Origin: Octopus vulgaris
Lineage: Eukaryota
DNA: 64,000 bases
Assembly (NCBI GenBank): GCA_951406725.2
Contig: OX597827.1
Location: 36,952,001-37,016,000 of the forward strand
Direction of reading: 5' to 3'
Of the stretch, positions 22,624 through 36,400 are shown in pieces. A program made the position numbers and the translations under genes. The notes under the pieces were generated by a model. The model searched no databases and had not been told where the DNA came from. It worked only from the letters and a program-made list of their open reading frames with translations. Each line of letters begins with the position of its first letter. Position 1 is the stretch's first letter.

Positions 22624-25585
22624 TGTTATATCATCAGTGACGATATATGATGATGTGTGTGTGAGTAACAATATATCACAGTACCAAATATAACCGTATT
22701 AGAAGAAGCAATATAACAAAAGTTGGTTATCTTATAACCATTCACACAATAACAATCTGATACTCCAATGCAGAATCAATAATGAGACTAATGCTCTCAC
22801 AGTCCGACCTCAACTGTCTACTGGCTCATCTGTTTTTAAGACTTGTATAGTCCACTGACAGTTACAAGCAGGCAGGGGTGTCAGGTCACTCTACAACATC
22901 TCCCCTTTTAAACTATACACTTCTCAGAGAATGTGGGTGTACACATTCCCTTTTTTAAAATTTCTCTCCCACATCTCCCTTTTTTCAAAAAATCAACTCA
23001 GTGGGCAATTGAGTATGTGATGCATGTGCTACAGGTTTTGCATTACCATCTTCATACCTATGCAAAATTATCACTCCGATGCCGTATTCACGAGCAGCTG
23101 AAGCTACTATAATCTCCTCTTTTGGATCATGGTGTGCTAAAATAGTTTGGAAGTTAGTATATCTTTTAACTGTTTGAAGGCTTCTTGACATTTTTGTGTC
23201 CAATTCCATTTTATTCCTTCCTTTAGTAGGTAATTTAATAGTGCACACAAGTTATGAATATTAGGGATGTTAATTTGGTAATAATTCACTAAACCCTAAA
23301 ATGCTTGTAATGTTACTTCATTCTTTGGTGGGGGCATATTTTTAATTGCTGATGCCCTGGTAGGATCTGGATACCGACCCTTTCTATCTATGATTTACTC
23401 CAAATATCTAATTATAGGCAAAAAGAAATCACACTTATTTGCTTTCAGTTTCAATCTATATTCACTTAGTTTTTTTAAATACATTTTTCACATTAGTTAC
23501 ATGCAGACCTCTAGATTCACTCTTTATCAATATGTCACTGAGATAGGAAATTGTGAATTCACTGTCCACTAACATTGCATCCATAATCTGTTGGAAGATC
23601 GCCAGTGCAACTTTTATGCCAAATGGCAACCTGTTGTATTTATACAGTCTTTCATGTGTGTTAATCACTCGGTATTTAGAGCATTCACTGTCTATTTTAA
23701 TTTGTAGATATGTGAGAGATCCAATTGAGAAAATATCTTGCCACTGTTTAAGTTCACAAATATGTCCTCCGGAGTAGGTAGCAGATAGCTGAACCTTTTA
23801 AGACATTTGTTTTACCCAGTGGAAAAATCAGCACACACTCTGGTTTTATTATTCTTTTTCATAATGTATACAGTTGGTAATGCACATTTAGAATATTTCA
23901 CTTTTTGGATACCTCCAATTTTTTTAGTCTCTTTACATCATCATCATCATCATTTAACGTCCGTTTTCCGTGCTAGCACGGGTTGGACGGTTCGACTGGA
24001 GTCTGGGAAGCCAGGACGCTGCCCCAGGCTCCAGTCTGATCTGGCAGTGTTTCTACAGCTGGATGCCCTTCCTAACGCCAACCACTCCGTGAGACACATT
24101 TTTTTTTTTGGTTTGAAAATTGGTACTGCTTTCTCTTTTATCCCAAATTTTGCTTTTATTTTTGAACATGTGCTTAATTTGTCTGAAAATATGTCTGGGA
24201 ATACTTTCTTTAATTCCTTTTTGCAATTTGTCCGAGTCAATGTTAGAACTTGTGCCTGTACCTATTACATTTGTGCAATAGGGGTTAATGGGTAGATCCC
24301 AGAGATCAAATTTCTCTATCCGATTCGTTCCAAATAAGTTATTGGTATTATTTAGTACATAAGCCTTTGCTTTTATCGTTCTACCTTGGAAAGTCATATT
24401 GCTATTGAATTTACCTCTAAACAATAATTCTTTTCCAAAACACCCTTTGCAGCTTTTGTCGTTTTCCTTAGTATCAGTTTACCTAATGTACTCCATGTTT
24501 TGTCATTTAATATAGTTATACCACTCACAGTATCAAGCTGTAATCTGACGGTTGTTCCATTTATTTTTATGTTAACAATCTTTCTTTGTATTTTGTTATA
24601 CTTATCATTTTCAGATACACAGTATACATTTTCATTATGCTTTCTCTGTGCATCATTTTTAGATTTTTTCCTTATTTTTGTGTGACAGTGAGAACTTTTG
24701 TAACTTTGAATACCACTCCTGAAACATTTAAGTTTTTTGAACAGACAGTCATACCGGTCATTTATTTGACTGCATCTCATGCACAGATCCACTTTGCACT
24801 TTCTAATGATTTTTTGGCCTTATAGCCTGTATGTTTGATATATTACATTCTTGTATTCTCTCATTGTTATGTTTAAGATTTATTATCTGTTGGTCTTCTG
24901 ATATCTGTTGAAGAGGAATATCCTGGTTCTGTTCTAGCTTAGTCAATATCCTTGTGTGAATTTCCAAATCTTGTTGTGATGTTAGCCCTTGAATGAATAT
25001 CAGGCACTTAAACATAGCCATCGTCAGTATCTTTAATTTGAGCTTATCACATTCCCGGCTTGCTATTCTGGCATATGTTATGAAGTCATCCTCTATGTTT
25101 TTTGTCAAATTTAAATAGAACCATCTTGTGTTGAACAAAGATTTTTTTCACTAAAAATTTTTGATAGTGTGCTCCTTGTGTCTTCAAATCATAATTCTCC
25201 AGGTTTTTGGGGTTGTATATGATTGATATACTTTTCATGTTCTACTGGTGCTAATTTTCTTAGCACAAGTTTAGTCTTCTGGACTCCTTTCCAGTCTGAA
25301 CATTTGTTCTTGAATATTTCCTCAAATCGACTATAATAAACAGCAAATGTAACACCTTCATCCAGATTATATCTAAATTCATTGATGGAGCTTGCCAAGG
25401 AATCTGATATAAATGCATTTGTAGCATTTTTCATTTCCTTGAGGAGAATGTTTCTGTTTTGCCAATATATTATGTAATTCTTCCATGATAAATAATAAGA
25501 TGGATTTTTTGTTCTTATATACAAAAATTATTCAATTCACAATAATCTGAGTGCCAACTGTTATATTGTCAGAGATGACAAATGA

Positions 25586-25639
<54 letters not shown>

Positions 25640-25866
25640 ACAATATATCACAGAACCAAATATAATTACAGAACAATAAGCAATATAAGAGTTGGTTATC
25701 TTATTATAACCATTCACACAATAACAATCCAATACTCCAATGCAGAATCAATAAGGAGACCAATGCTCTCACAGTTTGACCTCAACTGTCTACTGGCTCA
25801 TTTCTTTATCAGACTCATCCAGTCCACTGACTGTCATGTGCAGAGGTGTGAGTTCATTCCGCAACA
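22624..25866 (-). mobile_element. Gypsy/Ty3 LTR retrotransposon, internally deleted and degenerate
   Basis: LTRs 22624-22899 and 25559-25866 (TG...CA, diverged). PPT aaaaaggggaga before the 3' LTR; PBS-like tggcactc after the 5' LTR. Gag (SINEFRYNLDEGVTF), protease (LQLDTVSGIT), RT (YNRLPFGIK, ISYLSDILI) and RNase H (ASAAREYGIG) are present; no integrase. Confidence 0.92.
23936..24092 (-). mobile_element. RTE-tail-type SINE fragment inserted in the Gypsy element
   Basis: (cat)n-ttaacgtccgttttcc...ggatgcccttcctaacgccaacc; related copies at ~45320-45420 and 46090-46260. Confidence 0.7.
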
Positions 25867-26209
25867 CTGTATGATCTATCTTTATATGTGTGTGCGTTTA
25901 GTTATGTTTGTGAATAATTATACTTGTCTGAATTATCTATCTGTCAGTCTATTCCATTCTCTATCTTTCTTTCTCCCTTTCTATCGCTTTATCTATTTGT
26001 TTGTCCATTTATCTTTCTGCCTGCCTGTCTGTTTATCTATCATTCTTTAATCATCTATTACTCTTTTCATCTAACTGATTACCTGTCTCTATGAAATTGT
26101 GTGTGTGTATGAAATTAATACAGACAGCAGTATGCAATGTTCACCAGAAAGGAAAACCATAATTGTCACCATATATGACTAGGGTCAAAGCACATAATTG
26201 TATACATAT

Positions 26210-28420
26210 ATATTGATAGAGACTAGCCAAGTGGCGTCTTGTTTGAGCAAAAGTGCAGGAAAGGACAGTAAGAGAGCAGGAGATGCAGTAGATAAAATTA
26301 CTGGAGGTGCAGGTAAAAAAGGTGGTGTTAAAAAAGGGGTGATGGTGGGTGCTGGTGAGAATAATGTTGTTGAAGAGGTAGGTGCAGGTGTGACAGCATG
26401 AGTAGAGCAGGGGAAGGAGCCAGGCTGGGAGCCAGGAGTAAGGAAGAAACTGTGGACTGGGATGTCATGCAGGTTATGGGCATGTTTGAAGGAGGGAATG
26501 CAAGGGTTAAGGAAGATGTGTAAGGGGAAGGGGTCAGACTGGAGTTGAGAGAAGGCTCAGAGAATGGGGTGTTGTGGAAGGGTGGTAAACGAGGGGAAAG
26601 GAGGTGGGGAAGGGTGGGGAAGGTGCAGGGAGAGAGTAGTAGGGATAACTATGTAGGGTGCAGTGGCAAGCCATGAGTTGAGACTGGGTCTGAAAATCAT
26701 AGTCATCTCTGCAGAGCAGGCGTAGATGGAGGAACTGGTTGTAGGGGATAGAGAGCTTTGTGTGGGTGAGGTAGTAGGAGGAGAAGTTGAGGTAGGAGTG
26801 TGAGTCTGTGTGTTTGTAGTGAGTGGAGGTGGTAAGAGCAGAGTGGTGTATGCTAACAGAAATGTCGAGAAATTCGACAAGTGGCTGTGTAGTAAGTAGC
26901 TTGCTTGCCAACCACATGGTTCCGGGTTCAGTCCCACTGCATGGCATCTTGGGTAAGTGTCTTCTACTATAGCATCGGGTCGACCAAAGCCTTGTGAGTG
27001 GATTTGGTTGACCGAAACTGAAAGAAGCCCGTCGTATATATATATGTATGTGTGTGTACATGTTTGTGTGTCTGTGTCTGTCCCCCCAACATCACTTGAC
27101 AACTGATGCTGGTGTATTTACATCCCCGTAACTTATTGGCCTGGCAAAAGAGACCGATAGAATAAGTACTAGGCTTACAAAGAATAAGTCCTAGAGTCGA
27201 TTTGCTCGACTAAAAGTGGTACTCCAGAATGGCCACAGTCGAATGACTGAAACAAGTAAAAGAGAGTAAAAGAAAACAGTAAAAGAGAGAGGAGTTGGAG
27301 ACAGTGCAGGAGAATTCAATGGCAGGATGCAAGGACTGGATGAAGGAAAGGAAGGGGTCTGGGTGTTCGTGGGAGAGTGAAGTTGCACTGATACAGTCAT
27401 TGATATGATAACTGTATAGGTCATGAGTGAGACCAGTGAACTGTGAGAATATTTGGGCCTCAACATAGCTAACAAACAGGTTTGCATAGTTGTGGCCCAT
27501 TCTCATTCCCATGGCCATTCCCAAGATCTGTTGGTAAAACTCCCCCACAAATGAGAAGCAGTTGCGGGAGAGGACAAGTTGTCAGGCTGAGGTTGTGGAC
27601 GAAGGTTCAGGAAGTGTTTTAATGGAAGAAGACCACTGTGTGGGATCACCATGTACAGAGATTTAATACCAAGAGTGAACAGGAGTTGAGAGGGGCTATG
27701 AGGGAAGGAGAAAGAGTTAAATAAACCAAGATTGGTACTGTGAATGTGTGAGGTGGCACTAGGGTGGCAAGGACATGGTCAAGCTATTTGGAGATAATTT
27801 CAGTGGGGCAGTTGTGGACAGAGATGATGGGGCAGCTGGGGTTGTTAGGCATGTGGATTTTGGGAAGGAAGTAAATAGTGGGGTATGGATAATGAGGTTG
27901 GAGGCAGTGAGAGGTAAACAAGAAGAGGAAATGAGGTCATGGATGGTGGAAGATACAGTTTGTTTGTAGTTAGCCATGGGGTTGGAGGGTAGAGGGCAAT
28001 AGAAAGAGAGGTCTTAAAGTTGGTGGAACACTTTAGCCTTATAAAGGTCTGCATGCCATACCACTACAGCTCCACCCTTGCCATCCAGTTTGATGATTAT
28101 ATCTTGGCAGCATCAGGGACATCGAAGGGCTGAGAGTTTGGTTGGGGAGATGTTGAAATGTTGGGGATGCCTGCAGAAGTTGAACTGGTCCACAACACAT
28201 TAACAGATGCTTGAAAATTGATTAATTGCTTGAAACTTGACAGGAGCTGGTGTCAAGTGGGATGGTTGGTGGCCCAGGTCGGTGAAGCAGTCTTCTTCAT
28301 TCGATGAAGGTGGTGTCTTGTGGAATAGTGCATGTAGCCTGACACAGCACACAAAGTGTTGGATATCAGCATGAGTCTGAACTCATTCCTGGATGAAGTG
28401 AGAGGTATGACATGGAGACT
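26210..28420 (-). mobile_element. Penelope-like retroelement RT plus start of EN (degenerate)
   Basis: DIIIKLDGKGGAVVVW; YQQILGMAMGMRMGHNYANLFV...INDC; EFLDISV...YKHTDSHSYL...SIPYNQFLHLRLLC; FTCTSSNFIYCISC. Interrupted by a SINE. Confidence 0.9.
26878..27270 (+). mobile_element. Octopus tRNA-derived SINE inserted into the PLE RT
   Basis: Match to 54485-54900; it splits SNSS|VEFLD. Confidence 0.9.
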
Positions 28421-30065
28421 CCTACTATATTTATATATTATGTAGTTGAGTAGTATATCCTTGATTATGGCATATAACCGATCAGAAAGTTATCATCGAT
28501 TTCATGTCTACTATTGTAATTGACAATATTGGTGACTCATGTCTGCATTTGTTGCTGTTAATTATTTTTGAATAAAGCTGCAGGCTATTTATGACATCAG
28601 TGGTCTGAAAAGACACTGATATTCTATATGTTGTTGAATGTGAGATTGGCTATTATGCCACTATCAGACATCTGCCACTGAAGAGATTGAGCTGGTCAGA
28701 ATCATATGATCTGATATGGCAGTTTCAGTACCTGTAGTAGATGATTCCCTTCTGCCAATAATATAAACTGAGTGCTTTTATGCAACATGCATCTATACAT
28801 GAGAAATTCCAACCATGTTTCATGGTTCGCTACCTCAACAGCTCCAGTGGCTAAAAACATCGTCAGTAGGAACTATGTCTGGTTTCAGCCCCTACTCCTC
28901 TACTGTTTTCGACATATTGAGTGTGTTTTTTCCTTTCTCCTTTTTTCTTTCGTTCTTTGGTTTCTTCGATGCAGTGTCAACAAATGTCAACAGGCGAATA
29001 ATCATCCTGCCAAATTTCCCTTTAAATACTTGCCAGTAGGCTCCAGCAGCCATCACCAGCTAACTGTCACATGATGCTATCTAAGTTTCAACTGGTCAAT
29101 GGAGGGGAAGGACACATACTTTGGCTTGCGGCCTCTCTAAACCAACCTTCCAACAGTGTCTTGTTAGTTTCAGTTCCAGCAGCCAGAGCTGACCAGCTGT
29201 TAAGTGGTACAAGCCTTCAAACCAGGAGGAGGGTGCACAATGAATGAGATTGCTACCTTGGCCCACCTGTCAATCAGCAATCAGCACAATGAATGAGATT
29301 GCTACCTGTCAATCAGCAATGCAGTTTAAGTGCCAGCCAGCCTCACCTAGTGATTCTATTTCCCAATTGGTATATTTAACTCCAGTTTAACCACATCAAA
29401 AGAAACTATTAAAGTTTATTTGTTCATTATACATGGAAGGTGGATTAACATATCCAAGTTGTCTTTTATGTAGCTCTGTATATGTTTCAAATATAGCCCT
29501 AGTAATATGTCCAAGAAATTGCTAAATCAGTGATTTTCACAAGATGAGACTGCCACTATTGGTTGTAATTTAAAATTATATGGGTAAGGAATTTTCATAA
29601 CAGGCTGTCTATTGCAACCATAGTACTTCCTTTATTAGCTTCTTTAATTACCAGTATTGAGTTGGTTTCAATACATTAATAGTTTCCCATTCTTTTGCAC
29701 TGAAATTAGAATGTATCTCATGTTTTGGTAGAAACTCATATGGAAAATAAGTTATATGATTGCAAAGCCCCACTCTCTCATTCTTTCTGTCTGCTTCCTC
29801 AAATCACTTTTCCTCTCTTTTCTCTTTCAATTTTTATATTTGTTAACACTAGTAAGCAACTCACATTTTCCCCTCTACTCCTGAAAAGGAAGGTATAACT
29901 ATGAATATGGTTATTATGTAAGTTATGGCTTCAAGATAAGACCTTACATAATTTTTTTCTCTATAATTTTTTTATTTTATAATCTGTATTTTGTATTCCA
30001 TGTAAATTTATGTATCAAGCCATATTGCATCTATTTACCATGCCACCTCTGAGCATGTATGCATG

Positions 30066-30117
<52 letters not shown>

Positions 30118-30159
30118 ATGTGTTTTTACTCTCAGCGTGATGTGATGAAGAAGATGAGT

Positions 30160-30322
30160 GGAATTCCGCCAAGGTCGAATTTGCCTTTCATCCTTTCGGG
30201 GTCGATAAATTAAGTACCAGTTACGCACTGGGGTCGATGTAATCGACTTAATCTGTTTGTCTGTCATTGTTTGTCCCCTCTATATCCTCTATGTTTAGCC
30301 CCTTGTGGGCAATAAAGAAATA
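30160..30322 (+). mobile_element. Meta-domain-like SINE, 3' part
   Basis: ggtcgaatttgcctttcatcctttcggggtcgataaattaagtaccag, matching 44774-45008. Confidence 0.8.
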
Positions 30323-31604
30323 GAGTGGAAAAGAGTGATGATAGAAAAGAATTAGGAGGGATGAGTGAAGGTTGCAGGAGAGAGTGTTGGTTAGTGGAGG
30401 TGATCCATTGTTAATGTATATATTTAAAACAATGGCTTGATAGGCAAGATCATTTTATCTGTTTCAGTGCTGTACATTCAGAGTTTGTAACATAAATTCA
30501 CATTTAGATATTATGATTTGATGTTGGTTCTTCAAACAAGACCAGGAGAGTAGAATAAATGTATGTGGAGTAAAATATAATTAATACTTATAAAACCTTC
30601 TAAATTAACTGAGGGTTATGATAATTGAGTATATAGAACTACTAAAACATGATCGTTAAATGAGTCATCTACTGCTGAAAAATTCAATTATGAAGTGGAT
30701 GACACCCTCCCTAAATGTGTAGAAATCTTGTACAGGTACATATGTATGAAAGAAGGTAAAGCTTAAACAATGGTACTTCAATCATTCTTCCTTCAGATAT
30801 ATAGAAAATTAGATGTTACAAAAGTGTTCAGTTTACCTGGCATTTGGAAGAACATACCAAATTTCAATACCAAGTGGAACCTTCTTGAGAGAAGCAGACC
30901 ATATTGAAATGAAAGACACAATTTATATACAGTTGAAAGGTGCTCTATACTTAAAACTGTGATAATCCTGCTACCTGTTTAAATGCAAGATCCAAAATTT
31001 TAACGATTTTTTTCTGAAAACCTGAAATACATTACCACTACCAGACTAAATAGTTCTCAGTCACTTTTTACCTTTCCACATAAGACTGTTTTTACTCTCC
31101 TTCTTTGATCCTGAATCCTCCATATGTAAAGTTTAATTGATGGTATGTGATGCATATGCATGTATATATGTGATTCTGCATGAATATATTTTATTACTGA
31201 TCTCTCTTCGCATCTGTTGTTTTCCTGAACTCAATCTGTTATTTTGATTTTTAATTTTATATTTTAATTTTATTTTCATTTCTACATAATTCCACCTACT
31301 CTTTTTCTTTATCCTTTCTTCTTTCTGACCCTCTCCCCTCTTCTTCCTGACCTTTCTATATTTCTGTTGCTTTTCATTCCTTAGTTACTCTTCTTATCTC
31401 CAAAATTTATTCCTTAATTATTTATTCATCTATGTTCATCCTTAATTTTTCTCCCAATATGCAATAAATCTAGATATGACTGTCCTATTTCCTAGTCAAA
31501 AAATCCTGTTATAATCTTCTATACTAAGACAGTGTGCATGTCAAATGAAGAAAAAAATGTACTCAATATTTAAGATACCATGTATATATTATTATTATTA
31601 TTAT

Positions 31605-32165
31605 TGAGTGAGGGAATAGCACATACTATCAAAGTGACACTGGGGCACTAATATACAAAGTCCAATATAGCCATCATGACAATCTGCCTGACAAGGGTAC
31701 ACCAGACATATGCATCACACCCATATGTACAAGGCATGGTGACCTTATATCATGATAAAGAGCACATGGCCTTGCAGGTGAGGGCAAATTAGAATTTTCT
31801 TCAGGTCGAGTAGCCCATCACATTCAAAAGGTCTCTGGATAAGGGCTGTTTAAGGACAAATGAAACATGTTTCTGGGTTGGGTGGGGGGAATTATTCAAG
31901 CTACAAAGAATCTCTCTCAATACATGGCTATGATGCTCCCCCACTACTTTTGCATGTAATCAAAGACACACATATTGTTAGCCACTAAGGGACATACTCA
32001 TCTGGTTAAGGTCAAGTAACTGACAAATAAATCTGTGGTGTTGAGCAGAATATTTGCTGTAGCCTATCTTTTATACCAAGATAAAACATGTACATGATAG
32101 CACTTCCAATCAGTTAAGATCAGAAGCTATGAGAGCCAGTGCCTGGTACTGCATTGGGGCATTTA
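31605..32165. mobile_element. ~560-bp non-coding interspersed element bounded by (TTA)n on both sides
   Basis: A relatively GC-richer block sharply delimited by ttattatta tracts, with no ORF. Confidence 0.5.
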
Positions 32166-32538
32166 TTATTATTATCATCATCATTATCATCATTATTATG
32201 ATGGTGGTGAACTCGCAGAATCATTAGTACATCAGACAGTATGCTTTGCAGCATTTCATCCAACTTTATGTTCTGAGTTTATATTCTGCTTAGGTCACTC
32301 TACCTTTCATCCTTTTGGGGCTGAGGAAATAAGTACCAGTTGTAAACTGGGGATGATGTAATCAAATACTCTCCTCACAAAATTTCAGGCCTTTTGCCTA
32401 TTGTAGAAAGCCTTGTGCCTATTGTTATTATAAGCTAAATTTTCTTGAATTATAATTCTGAATTTTATACTGTCAATTATTCAAATTATTTATTTGAACA
32501 GTCTTCAAAATACAGCTTAGTTACTATTCATTGTCTAA

Positions 32539-32574
<36 letters not shown>

Positions 32575-33139
32575 CAGAAAACCCACCTGTTTTACATATT
32601 CATACACATATCTGGCAAGTCATATTAAAATAAAGAATTGTAATATAATGAAGCTGACATGACAAGTTTATTTGCTTATCAATAATAGATTGATCATTAG
32701 AATTTATTCACCTCATCATTATTTGACAGATTGTGTTAAGATTTAGTCATATCTACATGACACTAATAATATCAGATTTCTCCAAGAAATCTTGATAGTT
32801 GAGTGTAGTGTTGTTAGGTAAAGAAAAGTTGATGCTCACTAAATATAATGATGTTTAGGAGATTATGATAATGGAGAGAATGTAGTTATAGTAAGGTTGA
32901 ATATTTTTTTGATATCACACCATGTGTAATGTTTGGGAGAGAATAGAGACAGAAAATATTAAAGTTGAATATTGGCTGATTTATATCACATTGTATGTAT
33001 TAATGTTTGGGTGATTATAGAGAGAGTATTGCCATTGATTGAATATCGATTTCAAATTCTGGCACAAGGCCAGTAATTCCAGTCGTGTTGGGTTAGTTAA
33101 TTTAGTTGACTCCAATGCACAACCGGTATTTGTTTTATA

Positions 33140-33470
33140 GTGGCAATAACAACAACAACAACAACAATGACAACCACAATATTCCTCACTCAGACAACTA
33201 TAACAACAACAACAACAACAACAACACAAGCATACAAAACAGAAACAACTATTATAATAACAACAGTAACGATGGTGATAGCTACAATAACAACAATAAC
33301 AACATCCCACACAGATAACGATACCAAATACATCATCCACATCACTACCAACAACACCACCCACAATAACAATAGGCACAACACAAGCACTACTACCACC
33401 ACCACCACCAGCAGCAACAACAACATCAATACCAGCAACTACAACAACAACAACCACAACGATAATAACA
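33140..33470. repeat. Degenerate (AAC)n/(ACC)n microsatellite tract
   Basis: Direct reading; it produces poly-T/N/V artefact ORFs. Confidence 0.9.
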
Positions 33471-36400
33471 CTCTACACTCTGTCTTCTATAACCCCAACA
33501 ACAAATTTTATGACATGATGAGGATCTACCCCACAGACTTACCCTTTAACAAAAGGGTATCCCACCCCAAATTGACAGTGAAACAGAAGCAAAGATTTCC
33601 TTAGCTAGAAATAGACTCCGACATATCTTAGACCGATACAATAAATCCATGAAAAAACATAGTGAGGAGGGGACCCACCAACTCGGCTCATCTGTGGCCA
33701 AAGGCCTACAAAAACTGAAACAGTGATTCAGTCAGTGTTCAAAACTATGTAATGATACTTCATCTGACAATTGACTAAGTCTACCTTACAAAAGCAAGAA
33801 CGTCTCCTCTGATGATTTTGCATGCAGTTTCTGTATAGTAAGTTTCCCTCACAACTTTGGTTGACCCAAGTTTGTAGCAGAAGACACTTTCCCAAGGTAC
33901 TGCACTGTGGAATCAAACCTAAACTATCATAGCTGCCAAACTGTCTTCAGAACCACATAGACTTGCCAATACCGCTTTAGAAGCTTTGTCAAAGAAATAT
34001 TTTTATTTTGGTGCATAACTTTTTATATTCTTTTCCTATTTTCCCGTTGGGATAAGAGTTTAGAATATCAATGGAATTCTTTCCTTTCTATGGGGAAAAC
34101 TAAATTAAGTAAGGAAAAATAAACACTGATTAGAAATCAATAATGATCAATAGAGAGAGATGTTAGGGCACAGTAAATATTCACATTTGCATGATAGTCC
34201 AACTTCTCATTGATATCCCTCCTTATCTTGGGTTTCTTTGAATATTTATTCTGTTTCTTCTTATACTTTCTCTATTCATAGTGTGTCCATAACTTTCACT
34301 TTGATTTAATCTTATGTCTACATACTTTCTCTTCTTTCTTTTTCTTCTTTTCTTGTCAATCTTCCTTCTATCCTCTTTCTTTTTCTCTCTTACATTTCTA
34401 TATTCTCTGATTCCTTTCAATTTACTCTCTTTCTTTCAACTTTCTGTTCACACATACACTTGTTCTTTTAGATGGTCTTCATCTTCATTTTCATGATCAC
34501 CACCACTCATGTGGTGGTAGTGCTCTCACCATTGCCTTCACTATCACAGGCACCATTGCTGCTGCCACTACCATCATCATTTGTTTATTTATGCTGCTGT
34601 ATTAACCCAACAAATCCTATATCATCTCCCCCTCTATCAGAGTACCCTTCCTTGGACTATTATTCTACTACCCATGTAACTCTGTCATAAAGTACCTTTT
34701 TTTGACTAAAATTAATGCTGCCATCTTCTGTCACCAACTTTCTCTCTCATCAAGCATACAGACTACAATATGTGGTCTGTTGAACTGCTAGAAATAACAG
34801 CTAAATTACCTTCTGAAATGGACATGTTGAACAATGTAGTCCTACATACTCCTACAATGTTGTCACTGCAGAATGTATATGAGTACATATTTTTTTGATC
34901 AGTGTTGTCCTGGGGCTAAAACCAATATTATTGATTCAGTCTTGGTCTACCTCCATATAGAAAGGAACCACCAATTCTTCTTTGGCCCACCTCACACCAT
35001 TCCCTACCATGAATTAAATTGATCTATCAACATTTTCTATGGTCTACTTTCTCCATTATACCACCTTTTACGAATTATCATGCCCTCTGTGGTCTATCCT
35101 ACCACAAGGTATTATCAAGTGCCAAATACATTGCCTTCTATGTCCTACTATATCAAGATATCAACAAGTGTCAATTACCATGCCTTCTGTAGTTTACTTT
35201 GCCACAGTGTACCACCATATCTTCTGTAGTTTACCACTTTCTTCCCTTTTATCACCAAATATATAGTCATCTACTGTGGTCAGCCTCTACTGGTTCTACC
35301 CATGACTCTCCCAGTAATATTCATTTTTCATCTATGTAACCCTGTTCACTCAAAGCAGTTTTTTCAACAAGGAAGTCTATAGATTGTAGATCAGTTTGCT
35401 AAAAATAATAACAATTCTCCTTAAATTACACCCTGCTAACTTAAATAAGGAAAGAATACATTAGTTAATACTTGTTCATGGTTGATGTGGAGCTAAACTG
35501 CATCTCAATATGTTGTACCTACAATATAAGTTACTATTATTACATATCCAGCATTACCACATTTAAATCCTTGTTCAACACTACCACTTTGCCATTCAGG
35601 TGTACCTTTAGTCGAGCCCACTCTGTTATTGACATTCAGAAAAGACTTAAGCTTAACTCAAGGATAATTCACTATGTTGTTGTCACCCTTCCTACAGCAT
35701 ATTAACTTGCATGGTGCTATTGTCTATTAGAGGTCCATATGGAAGTGGCTTTTCCCTGGAGGTCTACTGCTAGATTCTATGATAAGCTAACAAATGAAAA
35801 TCTGACAAGCTTATTGATGAGTATTGATTACCAGTTTATCAGCTCAGGGTGAATAATTAGTAGTTAGCAGCAGCCAATAAGTTCTGAGTTCTTCCTCACT
35901 TTCAACTCACTAATTTCACAGGTTCTCCAAAAGTCATTGACATTGTACTTTCTCCTTTAACTAAAACATAGAAATACGAAAATAAATCTGTTTTAAGTCT
36001 ACAGGTTCATTAAACTGGAGCTTATCTAGGTTTCTGGGGAATATAAGTAACTAAGGGTATGAAACTTCTCCCTGGATGAGATTGCAATCTCATATGCCTG
36101 TAAAGTTACTCCCCACCTAATGCTAGTATTAGTTTCAGGTGAGTAGACTGAAGCAATGTTAAGAGAAGTGCTTTGACTAATGAACCAACCTAATACACTA
36201 TCTGATCATTGATCACATGACCTAATGATTACTAGTTCAACTCCTTAACTAATGTGCCATGTACCTTCACAGAGATGTAAAAATAATTTACTTGATATAC
36301 TCTTCATTCACAACTCATACTTCAATAATCATGCCAATTCAATACATCAAAATATAATACAACTACAATATTTCAGGCTGTTAATCTAATCCCTGCAGAT

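Noticed and set aside
32135-32160. cctggtactgca resemblance to the U2 snRNA 3' stem-loop
   Set aside because: Only ~11 nt match, and no other U2 features are present.
32981-33604. Mucin-like poly-Thr, poly-Asn and poly-Val ORFs
   Set aside because: Overlapping frames on both strands of one degenerate (AAC)n tract, with no splice or domain evidence.
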